In this document: positions 26,001 through 36,790 of the stretch, piece after piece
How the letters are laid out: each line of letters opens with the position of its first letter
Position numbering within the stretch: the first letter of the stretch is position 1
Assembly: GCA_002633005.1 (NCBI GenBank)
Contig: NMRA01001078.1
Coordinates: 8,156 to 52,351, forward strand
DNA length: 44,196 bases
Direction: 5' to 3'
Origin: Phoronis australis
Taxonomy: Eukaryota; Animalia; Phoronida
The notes under the pieces: model-generated
The model's database searches: none
What the model was told of the DNA's origin: nothing
What the model saw: only the letters and a program-made list of their open reading frames with translations
Made by a program: the position numbers and the translations under genes

Positions 26001-29000
26001 TGTCATTTAGGATTGCGAGTTGGATTTTGAAAATGCGACCTTGGATTTTGGTTTCCATGGTGTGGAGCTATGATATGAAATATGTGATAGTTTTGGTGCA
26101 TTCAGTATACAGCGCTAATGGTGTGAAATGGTCGTAGAAAATAAATTGACATGTGTGAGGTTTAATGCAGTTTATCCTATACTTGTCTGTGTGGAAATAT
26201 AGATGCTGTATACGTCACGTTATTAACTATGAAATACAGAAAGTAGAGCCAATTCGTTTATTACGGTAGAGACCAGACTGAACGGTAGAAGCCGTATTTC
26301 ACTGTTGGTGAGCCGTCTCCCTGTGTAGTTAATTCCCGTGTGCAACGCAAATTTTGATCGAGATCGTCCAAATCATAAATACACGGCTTCATTCCTGAAA
26401 AAGCAGTTTTAATGCTCTAAAACAGAAAAAAGTTCCGAGTTAATTTCCGACGTATGGTTGGCTATTCTTGGGTCTCGTAGAAGTTTCAATGGGGGTCATC
26501 ATAAATGGGTCAAGAAAAGTAGTGTCCTCGGCCGGCAAAATAACCAAATATCTATATCAAATCTAACGAAAACGTTTCGTTATGGATGCATAGAGAATAG
26601 CTACACTGAGAGCTAAGGTCTTTACAGGAAATTAAGACCTAACAACGAGTATGCGTCTTTTTACTGAGCCAATGGTCCGTTAGAAGCGTTCAACGAACTC
26701 TCCGTCGCTGCCGGCACTGACGTAGCGCAAAATCCGCTTTTTGCTATACAGTCTTTACCTCAAGTTCTGCAAATCAGCACAGTTTCCACCGCTATTTTCC
26801 AATACTCTGATGAACACAGGGAAATGTTTCTTTACTAAATGCATGTACAGTCCAAAAGCTAAGGAACGAAAATAGACCAGGAAAACTAAAGAATTAATCG
26901 AAGTTAAAACAACACACTGTTGCAGACAACTCGCTTCAGAGAATCTTTTAATTTTTATATTCCCGAATGGATTGTTTCGAAGTTTCCGACAAACTTTTGA
27001 TGTTATTGAATGTTTCAGTGCTTTAACTTGTATATTTCACAAACTAAAAACTCTGATCAGTTTATTATGAAAGAAAAATACTGGTAATTCAACATTTTCA
27101 CAGATTTTCCGGCTTGGGTACTGTACATGGACTTGGCATACATAAGACGTCTTATAACAAAAAGCCAGAGCATACGCCAACAAGGTATTGCCAAGAAGAT
27201 GCCAATACGCCCATATATATGGGATAAATAGGTTGGGTCGATTTGGGACATTGCCAGATGAAATGAGTTCGAGACAGGAAATGGCAGTAGTACTCCTGTG
27301 TATGTAGAATAACCTACAGTATATTCATATTAAATCGAAAACTAACACTGGTAAGTAACTAAGATGGGCGACAAAACACCCACTATAATAATAACATTAC
27401 AAATAAATTAATACGGTGGTAGACGACAAAAGGCCGAGTAATCAAAGGATTGATACCATTGAAACATCTGATGTACTCGCTAAGACAGATTTGATTTGGA
27501 ATTATAGGGGCACTACAGAGTGTGGAATTTACAATAAAAAATCAAAACCTCTTAAATTGTCTTATGGTGTGGTTGCCTTTGTTAATTATTCAACTAGCCA
27601 AAAAACGAGTGAATATCAATTATCAAACCCATCAAAATAAAATGAAACCAAATGACGTTTTTCTATCCCTAAATATCGAATGGGTTTTATTTTCCGGATG
27701 GTCGAATCATATGGACTGGAACACTGAACACCTTTTTGTGTGTGTCCTTTTCTGGTTTCTGCCGGACCCTTTCCACAGTGCAATTTGTCTTGTATCGTGG
27801 TTCATCGGGTGTTCAGTGTGGTGATATTGTCTGTTTTAAGTCAGTTTTGGCGAGTACCTCGAATATCTCATCTAGCTCATTATTGGCCCCCTTGTAAGGT
27901 CCCTACAGGCCACCCGCAGAGTGCAGACGACGGCAAACGTCCACTTCCGTATATACTGAAGTAGATTCTAAGTGCCCCTATGGTCAGATGTTGGTACCTC
28001 GTTTATCTATGCTCAGTGCTCTGGCCTTCCGGTCTAACAGTAGAGAATTTCTCACTGGCATTTTCAAAGTTCATACAGTTGCTTACTATATGGTTCCAGC
28101 ACTGAGACTTGTTTCTTTAAATACGAAGCAGTATTTTTCTAGTACTAAACGAGTGATGATAGCGAGATTGTTCCGACTGTACCGAATGCAGGGAACTCAC
28201 GCCTGACTCATGGTGACTTCGCGTTTGCTCACGCGTAACGCAAGGTAAGATCCGGCCACAGTCACGCTTATGTTCACACCAGTTGTCACGGACGACTGAC
28301 ACCTCACTTTCTTATCTGTCTCCGCTTACGGTCACGTCTAGCCAAACCGGAGGCAGCCCGGACGAAGACTAATAATTCAGTGGATGTACTTCTACAATAC
28401 AAGGTGCCGGAAGCAATTTTGGGCACCATTGTCAAAAATGCTTCTTTTAAGGAACGAAGCTCCGGAAATTGAATGTCAAGATGATTCTGCTCTAACAGCA
28501 GAGACTGGTTGCATCAAAACGTTTCAATGGAAGCACGGAGATCGGACAAGTTTCTATGGAATTTGTGGCCAAGCAAACATAATTTTAAGCCACGATATTC
28601 ACCTAAACCATGGATAGGACACCATAGGGGGCTGTCTTTAGTGCTGCGCTACCCATTTAGGTGAAAACGAGCAATCACACCATCTTTTATGTTTAACAAA
28701 GTACAAAGTGATACGTGTCTGCGTAACTTTGCAATAATCTCAGCTCTGTAATTGTAGCCTAACACTCACCTGGGTGGTCAGACGCAAAAGCTAGCTCATA
28801 ATGTCCATCCTTGCAGATTTCGTGCTGTTTGAACTTCGACCATTTCTTATACAATTTATGAGCGCAGTAACATTCTTTGCGTCCAATATGGAAAGCGGCA
28901 TATAATCTTTTTAAACCTGTCCAAACTGTGCATTCGTTGGCGCATTCGGTGAGTGTCTTTGTTCCAGGTCGTTTTTTCCATTTTTTGCGGGGTAACGTTA

Positions 29001-32000
29001 ACGTGTAACAACCTAAAACTGTGAAATTACTGCTCACTTTAGAGTTACTATATGTTCATGTATCCTGATTGAACCATAGGCTATACTTGATGGTGAAAAC
29101 ACGGGTGCCCCTAATGTAATGTGTGCTTAAATTCCACGAACATCTGTGTATTCCTGCGAAACGCGGACGAGTCTCTTGTAGAGCTTTGTATCTGCCCCAT
29201 TTCTAGTTCCCCAGAATATCAAAGTAGACATCGAGCCGCTCATTTATAATTACGAAACCTTTGTTCCCATATTTAGTCAAAACAAGAGTGACGTCACATG
29301 CATCGCTTCTAAGTCAAGTTTGAGTTTTCTAAATCACATCGTGTGCTCTCCATGAATACTAATATTAAAGTATTTTATTTTATTTGGAACCGTTTAACTT
29401 GAACCCCGTGTTTTAATTAAATGTCTCAATGAAAAGTGATAACGAAGCGATATGTATCGTTTTCAGTAAATAGTATTACCAACAGATATAAACGAGATCA
29501 CTTGCCCAACATGAACAAAATTATTTCAGTATTTAATTTGTTTTGTTTTAGTTGGTACCTGGTCAAAGACAACCATACACAGGCATATGCGGCCTATGAT
29601 AAGAAAGGAAACGGCACTTACCAACAGTAACTGAAATTGACGCGCAGTGTTTTATTGTCTATGACATTCGGGGGTCTTTGCAAAAAAAACAAAGTAATGA
29701 CTAAGCCAGTGAAACGGGTGGCGATTTTCAATTTCAACCACACTATATCTATAGAAAAAGTACTTGAACGCAAGTTTTAAAAAAAATGACACCTGGAATT
29801 TGGAGAAACGAAATGCCATACTAACGTAACAGCACTCAAATCAACATATGGCTACGTAAGATCACAAAAACGACCACGTTGGTTAACTGTGGAATATCAT
29901 ATCTCAAAGGGCTTGAGAAATTAATATGAAACTTTCGGAACTCAGATAACATGTTTGTTTCAGAATTCTCTAAAAACCGGCAAGACACTGTACGAATCAC
30001 GTTCCATTTTTATACTGTAGGAGGGGTTTCAGAATTGGGACTTCTATGAAAATGAACACAAAATAAATTTTAGAAATATTGAGAACATGCAGCGAAAAAT
30101 TTTAATCACGCTATTGATTCCGTTCTTCGGCTATCAACGCTTCATTCCTTTTTGTTATAGTTTACAATAATCAAGGTCACGTGACCAAGCTGATGAGAAA
30201 ACTTAACCTGAATAGCCCTTGTACTTTTAGTGATTGCACATTTTGCCGAGTTGTAACCTTAAACTGTTCATGGCCGTTCTTGGCTAAATACAAAGACTTG
30301 CGAGTAAAGTCCTGCATACCGTAACCTTAAAATGTTCATGGCCGTTATGGAGTGGGCCTTCGTTCGATTTCCAATATGCTCACGTTTGGGTGAAGTATCC
30401 GGTGTAAGTACTTGAACGCTGTGGACCGGGAATGGGTGATCATGGAAATATACCTTCCACCACAATGGTTCCGTGCTTGCTCTGTTTAAGCGGAAATGGT
30501 TCAAACAGTGATACCCAAGCTTTTTGACTCCTTCGTTTGGCCAAACACCGTCATTGGCTAAGGTAGGGTTTTTACTTCCAATAATTTGCTCTCTGTCCAT
30601 TGCGTGGTACGACATGGTTGCTTTCTTGTATACCGCCATGTTACCTGAGCAGAACAAGTTAAATTTCAAAGGTGAGTGTTTTATAGCAAGGACTTCAGTA
30701 CGATGTAAGTTGTGCTTGTAACTAATTAACGAAATTAATCTTGTCGCCGTCTACCACTACTGTCTTTATCGACAATTGGCAGGATGCTGTATGTACACTC
30801 TGAGGCATTTCTTTTTTTGGCACGATCGGGGATATACATGTAAGGAAGAAGTTTCAATAGGCCGCTATAAATACCGTCAACCCTCGAGCATCAAAACTGG
30901 GTAGAGTTGAATTTGAGAACACCTGGTCAATAATGGTCGACTTAAAGCATCTACCTTATTGAAAAAAGTGAACAACTACACATTTACTACATGACATTCT
31001 AAGGTGACCAACAGTCACCACGCTACCCTTATTATAGTCAGCATGCATGATGTACGAAAATCCATTTCCTCCGCAGTTTTCCGTCGCGTTCCCTTCACAC
31101 CTAAATTTACAAAATTTGTCGTCTGTTTGCTTATTGCGCAGGCGCGTAGTGTAGCTACAAGAGCACATGTTTCTCGAAGTAACACCAGCCCAGCGCCAGA
31201 AGTTTTGCGTGCACTGTGTTCTACACTCGGTCATTGTGGTGACGGCACTCATTCTTTCGTCCCTCAAAATATCTTTGTAGCATCCTTCGTCTGAAGTAAC
31301 AAGAGTACAAAACATTACATGTACGTATATTCTATGACAATGCTGCATCAACCGTTTTTTATTAAAACAATAGCAGCATGAGCAGGAGAGAGAGAGGTAG
31401 GGAGAGAGAAAGGGGGAGAGAGAGAAAAAGACGGGGACAGGGAGATTGGGGAGGGAGCGAGGGAGAAGGAGTCCATCCTAGTCAATTACTCTAATTGTGG
31501 GTAAAAAGTATTGAAGCTTATGATTCCATGTCATAGTCTAATTTGAAACAATATCAAAAGTAGACATTTTACCACCACTCCTGCACTGGGAAATTATTTA
31601 ATGAGATTTTTCCCCTTGTATTCATATTTTGGTTTCACAGTATCCGTTCATTAATTGATTTTAAGCATTTTTGTGTCCATACTCACCAAATGAGATTCTT
31701 AAAGAACTTGGAAAACGTGGAAAATGAACATCAACAAAATTTAGGTCAAAGGAACCTAAACACCTTCTTAAAGATAGTAAAATTACATAAAATCCTGCAA
31801 GTGGTAAGGAAAATAGTCTCACACAAAAGTTTTGATAAAACAGAACTTCACCGCTATCCAACGGTTTTATGACCTGTTGACTATTTTCGCATACTGTACA
31901 TGTACAGTCGTTACAACAAGTAGAATTACCATAATAGGCAATTCTGTGTTATGATACAGTATAACCGGTCAAACACGAAACAGTGTTTTTCTAACTTAAT

Positions 32001-34715
32001 TTTGGAGATAACCCGACACGCGTGCAAAACGCTTCTTTCTAGAGGGGGTTAGCTATTTTTTCATGGAAAGTTTGAAAACGGATTCACCTAATTGCAGCAA
32101 CTCGATAATGAAAAACAAGGCGTTGTATGATACCTCTTAGTAAGCTAAGTTATATGGCGCAAAAAAATTAATTTTTTGTCCATAGGAATTTTAAAATGTT
32201 AGTGAAGAATTCAACATGAGACATTTTACAACCTTTAGAGAAACCGTGTCCCATGTTGTACTACCGATTCTGTCAATGATACCCTGCCAAATAAATTTGA
32301 AAATACGTTTTCTACTTTCGGTGATGGTGACAAAAAAAATAAATGGACTAACTTAGAAATGAATTACGATTTCAGCAGTTTTTTTACCATAAGTTGTTAA
32401 ATGTGTTTTGACCAAATCTGAAAGAGTTAAACTCACTTTGATACATATAGATAAGACTTAGACTAAATAAGATCAAAATCCGGACATCAACGGTCGTCGA
32501 GGAATCGTTTTCTACCAATTGAGTCCAGGCAGAAAGATTTTTATCCACGTTTCGTTTTAAACCAGAGTATTAAAAAATTTGGTTCAGCAACTTTAAGCAA
32601 TTGTACAAAGATTCGAGGGCGCTACCAAGTACCAACGATTTGAAATCGTTTCATAGGCCTATTGTGCGATTTTGTAAATGGACGTGCACATTTCTATAGT
32701 GTCATTCAATTTTATGCTTTGAACTTCATTATTTTGTTGAAATAACAGGAGTAAAGTTTTTGCACGCAGGATAAATAAATACGGAGATATTTGGTCGCCT
32801 TGACGACAACCTCCTCCAACATTAGACTATTCCAGCCTAAATACCTGCTCTAATGCACGGAACGTAGATCCGATATTTAAAGAGTGCCCACCTGTGTTTT
32901 AAAAGAAATTTTATTAATACTTATTAGAAGATATATTAGCCTGTAGTACCCCTCTTGCTAAGAAACAAGACGAAATATAAAAAAAGTTTTTTTTTCTGTT
33001 ATCGAGATTGTACGCAATGGGTCGGAGACCGTCTCTGCCGGTGTTGTTTTTATCAGTGCGATATTGAGGAGTTGAAAGGAAAGTCCGCGGAGAGCCGCCT
33101 TTTTCAAACATAAAAATCTGCGTTTTTGGAGGCTGCAGTAGTAACAATTTGAACGAGATCGCGTCTGTATCCAAATTTCTTAAATGCGTGAAATCGCACA
33201 AGAAAGGCGTCTGTTTGTGCGCCGCACGAGAGTGCGGGATATCATTGTGCAACATGCTATTCAGTCGGAAGCCATACTTTGTTTGGTGACGTTATGATGA
33301 AGGACTCGTCACGTTGTAAGTGTCTTTTTGTAAATTTAATGTATAACGAACAAACTTCATCCATTTGATGGCAAGTGATGCTTTGTCCTAGACCCTGGCC
33401 CAGATCGACTGCCACGACACGTAGGCTTATGAGTAGTACATGTATTTAGACCGTGTTCATTCCATCATGGCAATAGTGGATACGGATAACTCAGCTTTAC
33501 TGTAGCCCATGTCAGCAATTGTGAACTCCTTGGCTCAGTTGCGGTTGTGAATCACATTTATGTGCAGCACTTCTCTTGCAATAGGTGGAGTTCATAAAGC
33601 CTCAAAGTTCGCTAAATGGGAACTCGAATTCAGTGCCTGATTCTTCAAGCACTTGAATTTGTACTCTCGTTTTTGTCTACATAATAGTTGTCCAGGTCTC
33701 GCTCAAAGTCGTCCTCGTCTCCTGATCTGCTGTGTTCCTCCACTGCAATTGTTTCTCAAATGACTAAAAGTCTTCCACCCATTACATCGTTAGGCGAAAA
33801 ACTGGTATTGATGTGCTAACAGTGAAAGGCATTCTGTTCGGTTAGGAACGTTGAATGCGCGACGCAGTGCGAGAACGTGGTCCAAGGATAATACTAGTCT
33901 GATGGAGGATGATATAGTTTTATTACATACTCTTGTACTGATACTACTGAGTCTGTTACAATCCATGCAACCATACACTTATATAGCGACATACATGAAT
34001 TATATACTGAACAAACATGTTTACTACAATTCCTCATGTTGGGGGTGTATTGCATAACACTTAATTCTCTGAACTATTCCTACACATGCCCTCACACAAA
34101 ATCACTCGGATATACAGTAAGATCATACTCTAACGACTTGGAAATATCTATTTTTTATATAAAATCAAGAAATTTGTGACTATTTGACAAAAATTCTTAC
34201 TTAGTTTGATTTTATGGTCTTCATTTCATATCGGCTAACTGAAACCTCAAAAGCTAAGAAAATGCGTGTTGGGAACTCTCTAAAAGGCTAAGTCAACCTG
34301 CAAAATCTTGACTGAAATTACGGAATTGTAATTTTGTGCGGTATATAAAAAAAATCAAGATAAAGGGTCGAATGATTTTTCAAAATCGACAAAGCCAAGC
34401 AGTCTTTGAATACTTATATCATACACTAATCTTGTATTTCCTCCAATAAACCTGTTTTTAAAAGCGTTTTGGTTAAGTATCGCCGCTGTGTAGTTGAGGC
34501 TCTTACCAGTGAACATAATTGGTGTAACATTCGCTGTTTCATAAGTGCATACGAGAGTTCTAATGTTACTTTGTCATTTCAATGACGTGTTTCGTTTAAA
34601 GTGTTCGGAATACTCAAACTTTTGAGTAGTCACGGTATGGAATACTTACAAGTGGTCAGGTCGGAGTTGATACTGCGGGGTATGGAGGCTATCCCTGCAA
34701 ACAGCCACCATTGAA
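802..34715 (-). CDS. Multi-exon gene for a mosaic extracellular protein (WSC, F-type lectin, kringle, TSP1 domains); first coding exon uncertain; may be partly pseudogenised
   Basis: Eleven open exons with canonical AG/GT ends, each a multiple of 3 and phase 1-1, splice in frame: 34715-34650, 31290-31027, 30644-30384, 29018-28770, 22791-22585, 21907-21719, 21322-21170, 20458-20180, 7651-7448, 6699-6499, 1074-1030. The next candidate exon starts at 842 and stops at 804-802. Domain motifs recognised by eye. Confidence 0.8.
1030..1074 (-). CDS. Short linker exon ([15 protein letters not shown])
   Basis: Strong acceptor ttcctttacttacag, donor gtaagt, 45 nt, phase 1-1, open. Confidence 0.65.
1455..4323. 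mobile_element. Non-autonomous TIR DNA transposon, CMC/EnSpm-like
   Basis: Termini CCCTTAAGAAAAT...ATTTTTGCATGGG, a 2-bp CA duplication (1453-1454, 4324-4325) and dense subterminal ATAGGA/TCCTAT arrays at both ends (about 1467-1745 and 4050-4305). Confidence 0.7.
1896..3667. mobile_element. Non-autonomous TIR DNA transposon nested in the 1455-4323 element
   Basis: Perfect TIR CAGCACACATCACGAATTTTTGTCCGCCCGGT, flanked by TA(TA) on both sides; subterminal GGTCGGCT repeats. A second diverged copy starts at 8301. Confidence 0.9.
4400..6048. mobile_element. Non-autonomous Kolobok-like DNA transposon
   Basis: TTAA TSD (4396-4399, 6049-6052); TIR AGAAGAATGCCACCC / AGGAGCATGCCACCC with RR..YY ends; internal ~37-bp direct repeat at 5481 and 5541. 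Confidence 0.8.
6499..6699 (-). CDS. Exon: F-type lectin (FTP) domain, C-terminal half
   Basis: [38 protein letters not shown] matches the FTP pattern C..C..G..V.I..LCEVEV; 201 nt, phase 1-1. Confidence 0.85.
7001..7250. repeat. (CA)n-(TA)n-(TG)n compound microsatellite, quasi-palindromic
   Basis: Directly visible; explains the four overlapping THT/CVC ORFs. Confidence 0.95.
7448..7651 (-). CDS. Exon: F-type lectin (FTP) domain, N-terminal half
   Basis: [42 protein letters not shown]; acceptor tttatttcag, donor gtacag; 204 nt, phase 1-1. Confidence 0.9.
7727..8287 (-). mobile_element. Diverged solo LTR related to the Gypsy-type LTR at 43258-44020
   Basis: The reverse complement aligns by eye with that LTR (TGTCACGTTTT end, CTACTCAAA, CCTTGACTT, TTCAATAACCTG, AAGCACATTC..AACTTTCTGGAA). 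No clear TSD; the 8287 boundary is approximate. Confidence 0.7.
8301..10703. mobile_element. Second, older and truncated copy of the 1896-3667 TIR element, interrupted by a Kolobok insertion
   Basis: 8301-8500 and 9921-10703 align colinearly with about 1896-2150 and 2151-2937; the right TIR is absent. Confidence 0.9.
8501..9916. mobile_element. Non-autonomous Kolobok-like DNA transposon
   Basis: TTAA TSD (8497-8500, 9917-9920); imperfect TIR GGACATTTCCAACCTTATT / GGTTATTTCAAACCTTATT. The empty site (single TTAA) is visible in the paralogous element at 2147-2150. Confidence 0.88.
12193..12375. repeat. Degenerate ~21-bp minisatellite (consensus about CAGGACCAAAATTTACCACGT)
   Basis: About 8 diverged units seen by eye. 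Confidence 0.6.
12440..15617 (-). mobile_element. Academ-like DNA transposon, internally deleted and decayed
   Basis: TIR TAGT(C/G)GGTGGGCCAGA with a further TTGTGAGTACTTT inverted match; 3-bp TTA TSD (12437-12439, 15618-15620); minus-strand transposase remnants. Confidence 0.8.
13215..13881 (-). pseudogene. Academ-type transposase remnants with a Cys-rich C-terminus
   Basis: [31 protein letters not shown], then after a frameshift [19 protein letters not shown]; an upstream fragment reads [26 protein letters not shown]. Confidence 0.7.
16249..16404. mobile_element. Penelope-like element pseudo-LTR fragment with inverted repeat and decayed hammerhead ribozyme
   Basis: The minus strand encodes [16 protein letters not shown], resembling the Penelope N-terminal N..C..EGLLP.YT motif as I recall it. 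Inverted repeats at 16282-16301 and 16386-16404; CTGATGA..CGAA core at 16317-16352. Confidence 0.55.
17447..17604. mobile_element. hAT-type MITE (158 bp)
   Basis: 12-bp perfect TIR TAGTGCTATAGT and 8-bp TSD AATTCGAG (17439-17446, 17605-17612). It sits inside another GC-rich MITE-like element (about 17210-17643, GCGCACCC..GGGTGCGC). Confidence 0.88.
18372..19995. repeat. Degenerate complex tandem array (about 140-300 bp units), probably a non-autonomous Helitron/Helentron-type element
   Basis: Recurring AAGTTTCA..GAAATC..GATATCATC.GGACACGC and TGCAGTGGTCGAATC motifs in at least 6 units. The family assignment is inference from resemblance to mollusc-type elements. Confidence 0.5.
20180..20458 (-). 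CDS. Exon: kringle domain
   Basis: [48 protein letters not shown]; six Cys; 279 nt, phase 1-1. Confidence 0.95.
21170..21322 (-). CDS. Exon: thrombospondin type-1-like repeat
   Basis: [30 protein letters not shown] (WxxWxxC, RxRxRxC); acceptor aatttcag, donor gtgagt; 153 nt, phase 1-1. Not in the ORF track. Confidence 0.8.
21719..21907 (-). CDS. Exon: shortened kringle domain
   Basis: [61 protein letters not shown]; six Cys in kringle order; 189 nt, phase 1-1, donor gtgagt. Confidence 0.85.
22585..22791 (-). CDS. Exon: F-type lectin (FTP) domain, C-terminal half
   Basis: [37 protein letters not shown]; 207 nt, phase 1-1. Confidence 0.88.
22857..23040. repeat. GA-rich tract and (GA)n microsatellite
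   Basis: Directly visible; similar tracts at 31381-31470 and 42081-42170. Confidence 0.95.
23111..23389 (-). pseudogene. Decayed FTP N-half exon
   Basis: Good acceptor (ctacttcag) and donor (gtgagg), 279 nt. Across frameshifts and stops it reads SRYSPRL/VYDG..FMTHTSN*WEMRW*K. An internal AG would give an open 138-nt exon (23248-23111). Confidence 0.5.
27412..28656. mobile_element. Old Kolobok-like element predating the duplication
   Basis: TTAA left and TTAG right flank; weak TIR (GGTGGTA(G/C)ACGAC vs GGT(A/G)GCGCAGCAC); present in both duplicate copies. Confidence 0.3.
28770..29018 (-). CDS. Exon: divergent, Lys-rich WSC-like domain
   Basis: [29 protein letters not shown]; 249 nt (or 243 nt with the AG at 29014-29013), phase 1-1, donor gtgagt. 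Confidence 0.8.
30384..30644 (-). CDS. Exon: F-type lectin (FTP) domain, N-terminal half (divergent)
   Basis: [38 protein letters not shown]; 261 nt, phase 1-1. Confidence 0.85.
31027..31290 (-). CDS. Exon: WSC domain
   Basis: (Y)[38 protein letters not shown]; eight Cys; 264 nt, phase 1-1. Confidence 0.92.
32881..33760 (-). mobile_element. Possible decayed Kolobok-like element with transposase remnant; far end not found
   Basis: TTAA|AGAGTGCCCACC terminus at 32877-32892. Minus-strand fragments [29 protein letters not shown] resemble the N.R.V...G.G...FC..LNL motif of Mutator-like/Kolobok transposases. Confidence 0.35.
34650..34715 (-). CDS. Exon: probable end of the signal peptide ([21 protein letters not shown])
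   Basis: Long polypyrimidine acceptor, gtaagt donor, 66 nt, phase 1-1. Splicing to 31290 creates the Tyr of the WSC consensus Y.GCY.D. Confidence 0.7.
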
Positions 34716-36129
34716 CTAGAAGAGACAAAAACAAAGTGACAATATCGTTTCGGTCTGCTGATTGCGATAGAACTAAGTCAAATTTGCATAGACACCTTGC
34801 CGGCTGAAACAAAATTGATGATGCAACGTACATGAAAATCCTGGAGATATGACATTAATCTTAAGTAAAGCACCGCTAAAATTCATCCCTATAAACACCT
34901 GAGTTACCCATCAATATTCATTGTAAAGGATTTGTGTTCTGGGGTTTTGGGTCATACATGTACTATACTACAGGCTCAAATTGACACAATTGTTGCGACG
35001 ATTGAGGTAAATTGTGATAATTTGGGCCCGCAGCACTCACTCAAATAGGCGAGTTTTGAAACTGACAATTTGGGACGACGTGACTATTTACATCTACAAC
35101 GTGCGTTTCTGAAAAAAGCGACCTTGGTCTCCAGTGATCTGTAATTTAAATGTATGATTGGTCCCAAAGCTGCTGGAAGTGTTTGGTTTTCTTATAGTAT
35201 GATGTTGGCGGCTTGCAGATTCAATTGGGGCGCTTTAACTTACTATAAGACGTTTAGCTTATAGCTCTTCTGTAATATAAAGTTGTCAATCTGGAAAGCT
35301 GGTTCTAACCAGTCGCATATTTAAGGAAACTTGATTGTAGAATTATCTAACATCAAACCTCATCATAACGTGCATGCTGACCTATTTTACTAGTGGGGCT
35401 CCAAATTGTAAGACGATATAACGTTTAGCCAAAAATCCCAGACCCCTTGAACAATTCGAGATGCGAGAAAGTCACGTCGCAGTCACCCAGTCTATTTAAG
35501 CCTACTTTGACCCAAGCCCCAGCTGCACGACCAGAAGCTGGATTTGTCATTCTGTATCCTAGGTGTATTTTACATGTTTTCGTCTTACATGTGTAACTTG
35601 CATTTCGCTCAAATACAACGTGGACCTGAAATCAACGTTTTTACTCAACGATAAAAATGATTCAAAGGGACATTCTTGTGACGATAGTATGCACTGGTAA
35701 AAGTATAATCGCCCACTGTCAATGCCAATTTAATCATACCGCTCTTCTAATTAATTGTATAATTGCAACAGAAAACGTTCCACCAACATGGGCGTGGTTG
35801 AAGTCTCCTATTAATTCGTAACATGATCGTGTTTTTCAGGAAAGCTTAGGCAAAATGAAAAAAAAACGTAATATTTTTTCTTTCAATGTAAATGTTCAAG
35901 ATAAAATGTAAAGAACTTCGTTACAATTTGTAAATTGTATATTTCAAGTTTCCATGTAATGAAAAAAACATATAGAGGATCACCGACGGACATCCAATCC
36001 TATTTAATTCATGGTTGGTTTACCGACTAACCGAATGCCGCTAACGAGCCTGGTGACTGTTTAAGAGTTCACGGCAAGGTGAATTTGCAAATAGCGGAGT
36101 AAAAAGCAAAAACAAAACGTCGAATCTTC

Positions 36130-36262
36130 TAGTGAATAGGTGTTTTGAAGTGACTTGTTTCCTTGCAGTTGTATTTCTGCAGACATATTAGTTAGTGAAA
36201 TAGGTGTTTTTGAAGTGACTTTTTTCCTTGCAGTTGTATATCTGCAGACATATTACTTAGTG
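36130..36262. repeat. Tandem duplication of a ~62-bp unit (2 copies)
   Basis: TAGTGAATAGGTGTTTTGAAGTGACTT..TCTGCAGACATATTA repeated. Confidence 0.9.
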
Positions 36263-36790
36263 GAATCGTTATGCTAACGCTTGGGGGTGAATGTTTGATG
36301 TGCAGTTTCAGTATTATGTGTGGAAAACGAAATACACGACTGACTTTCAACCCACTCGATAATACTGAAGATTCAGGGTTGGGTTACTGGCTACAATTTC
36401 GCAGAAGGTACCAAATCAGCAAAATTGCGAGCTCTTAATCATAGATTATGACAATTAATGTCGATAGTTCGTAGTAACTGCAGACGCCAGAGACACACTT
36501 ATTAAACAACATGTTATATCATCTAAAAATTACCTGGAATAGAATTTTCGTCCATCATATGGCTATTATTATCAGAAAAGCACGCAGAAAAACGAACACG
36601 TGAAAATCGCACGGCAATATCGCATACGGCAATTCACTAATCGAAACATTGTTTTTGTTACACATCTCATTACAAATCTTTTTAAATTGGCTTGGTATGT
36701 AAAAATAGTATAAAATAAGGAAATAAAACGTTACTCATCTTGCAAGAAACCATCATCATGTCGTGGCGTACAAGTTTTTTTGAAGATTTT

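Larger units (their letters stand above)
27368..32547 (+). repeat. Segmental duplication, copy 1 (exons intact)
   Basis: Colinear with 37865-43257 throughout, with many substitutions and indels. Confidence 0.95.

Noticed and set aside
29130-29260. Short minus-strand open frame as the missing FTP C-half exon
   Set aside because: No Cys or LCEV motif, and it ends in a stop.
25225-32892. Similar TTAA-AGAGTG termini at 25225-25240 and 32877-32892 as the ends of one element
   Set aside because: They face away from each other, so they cannot bound a single transposon.
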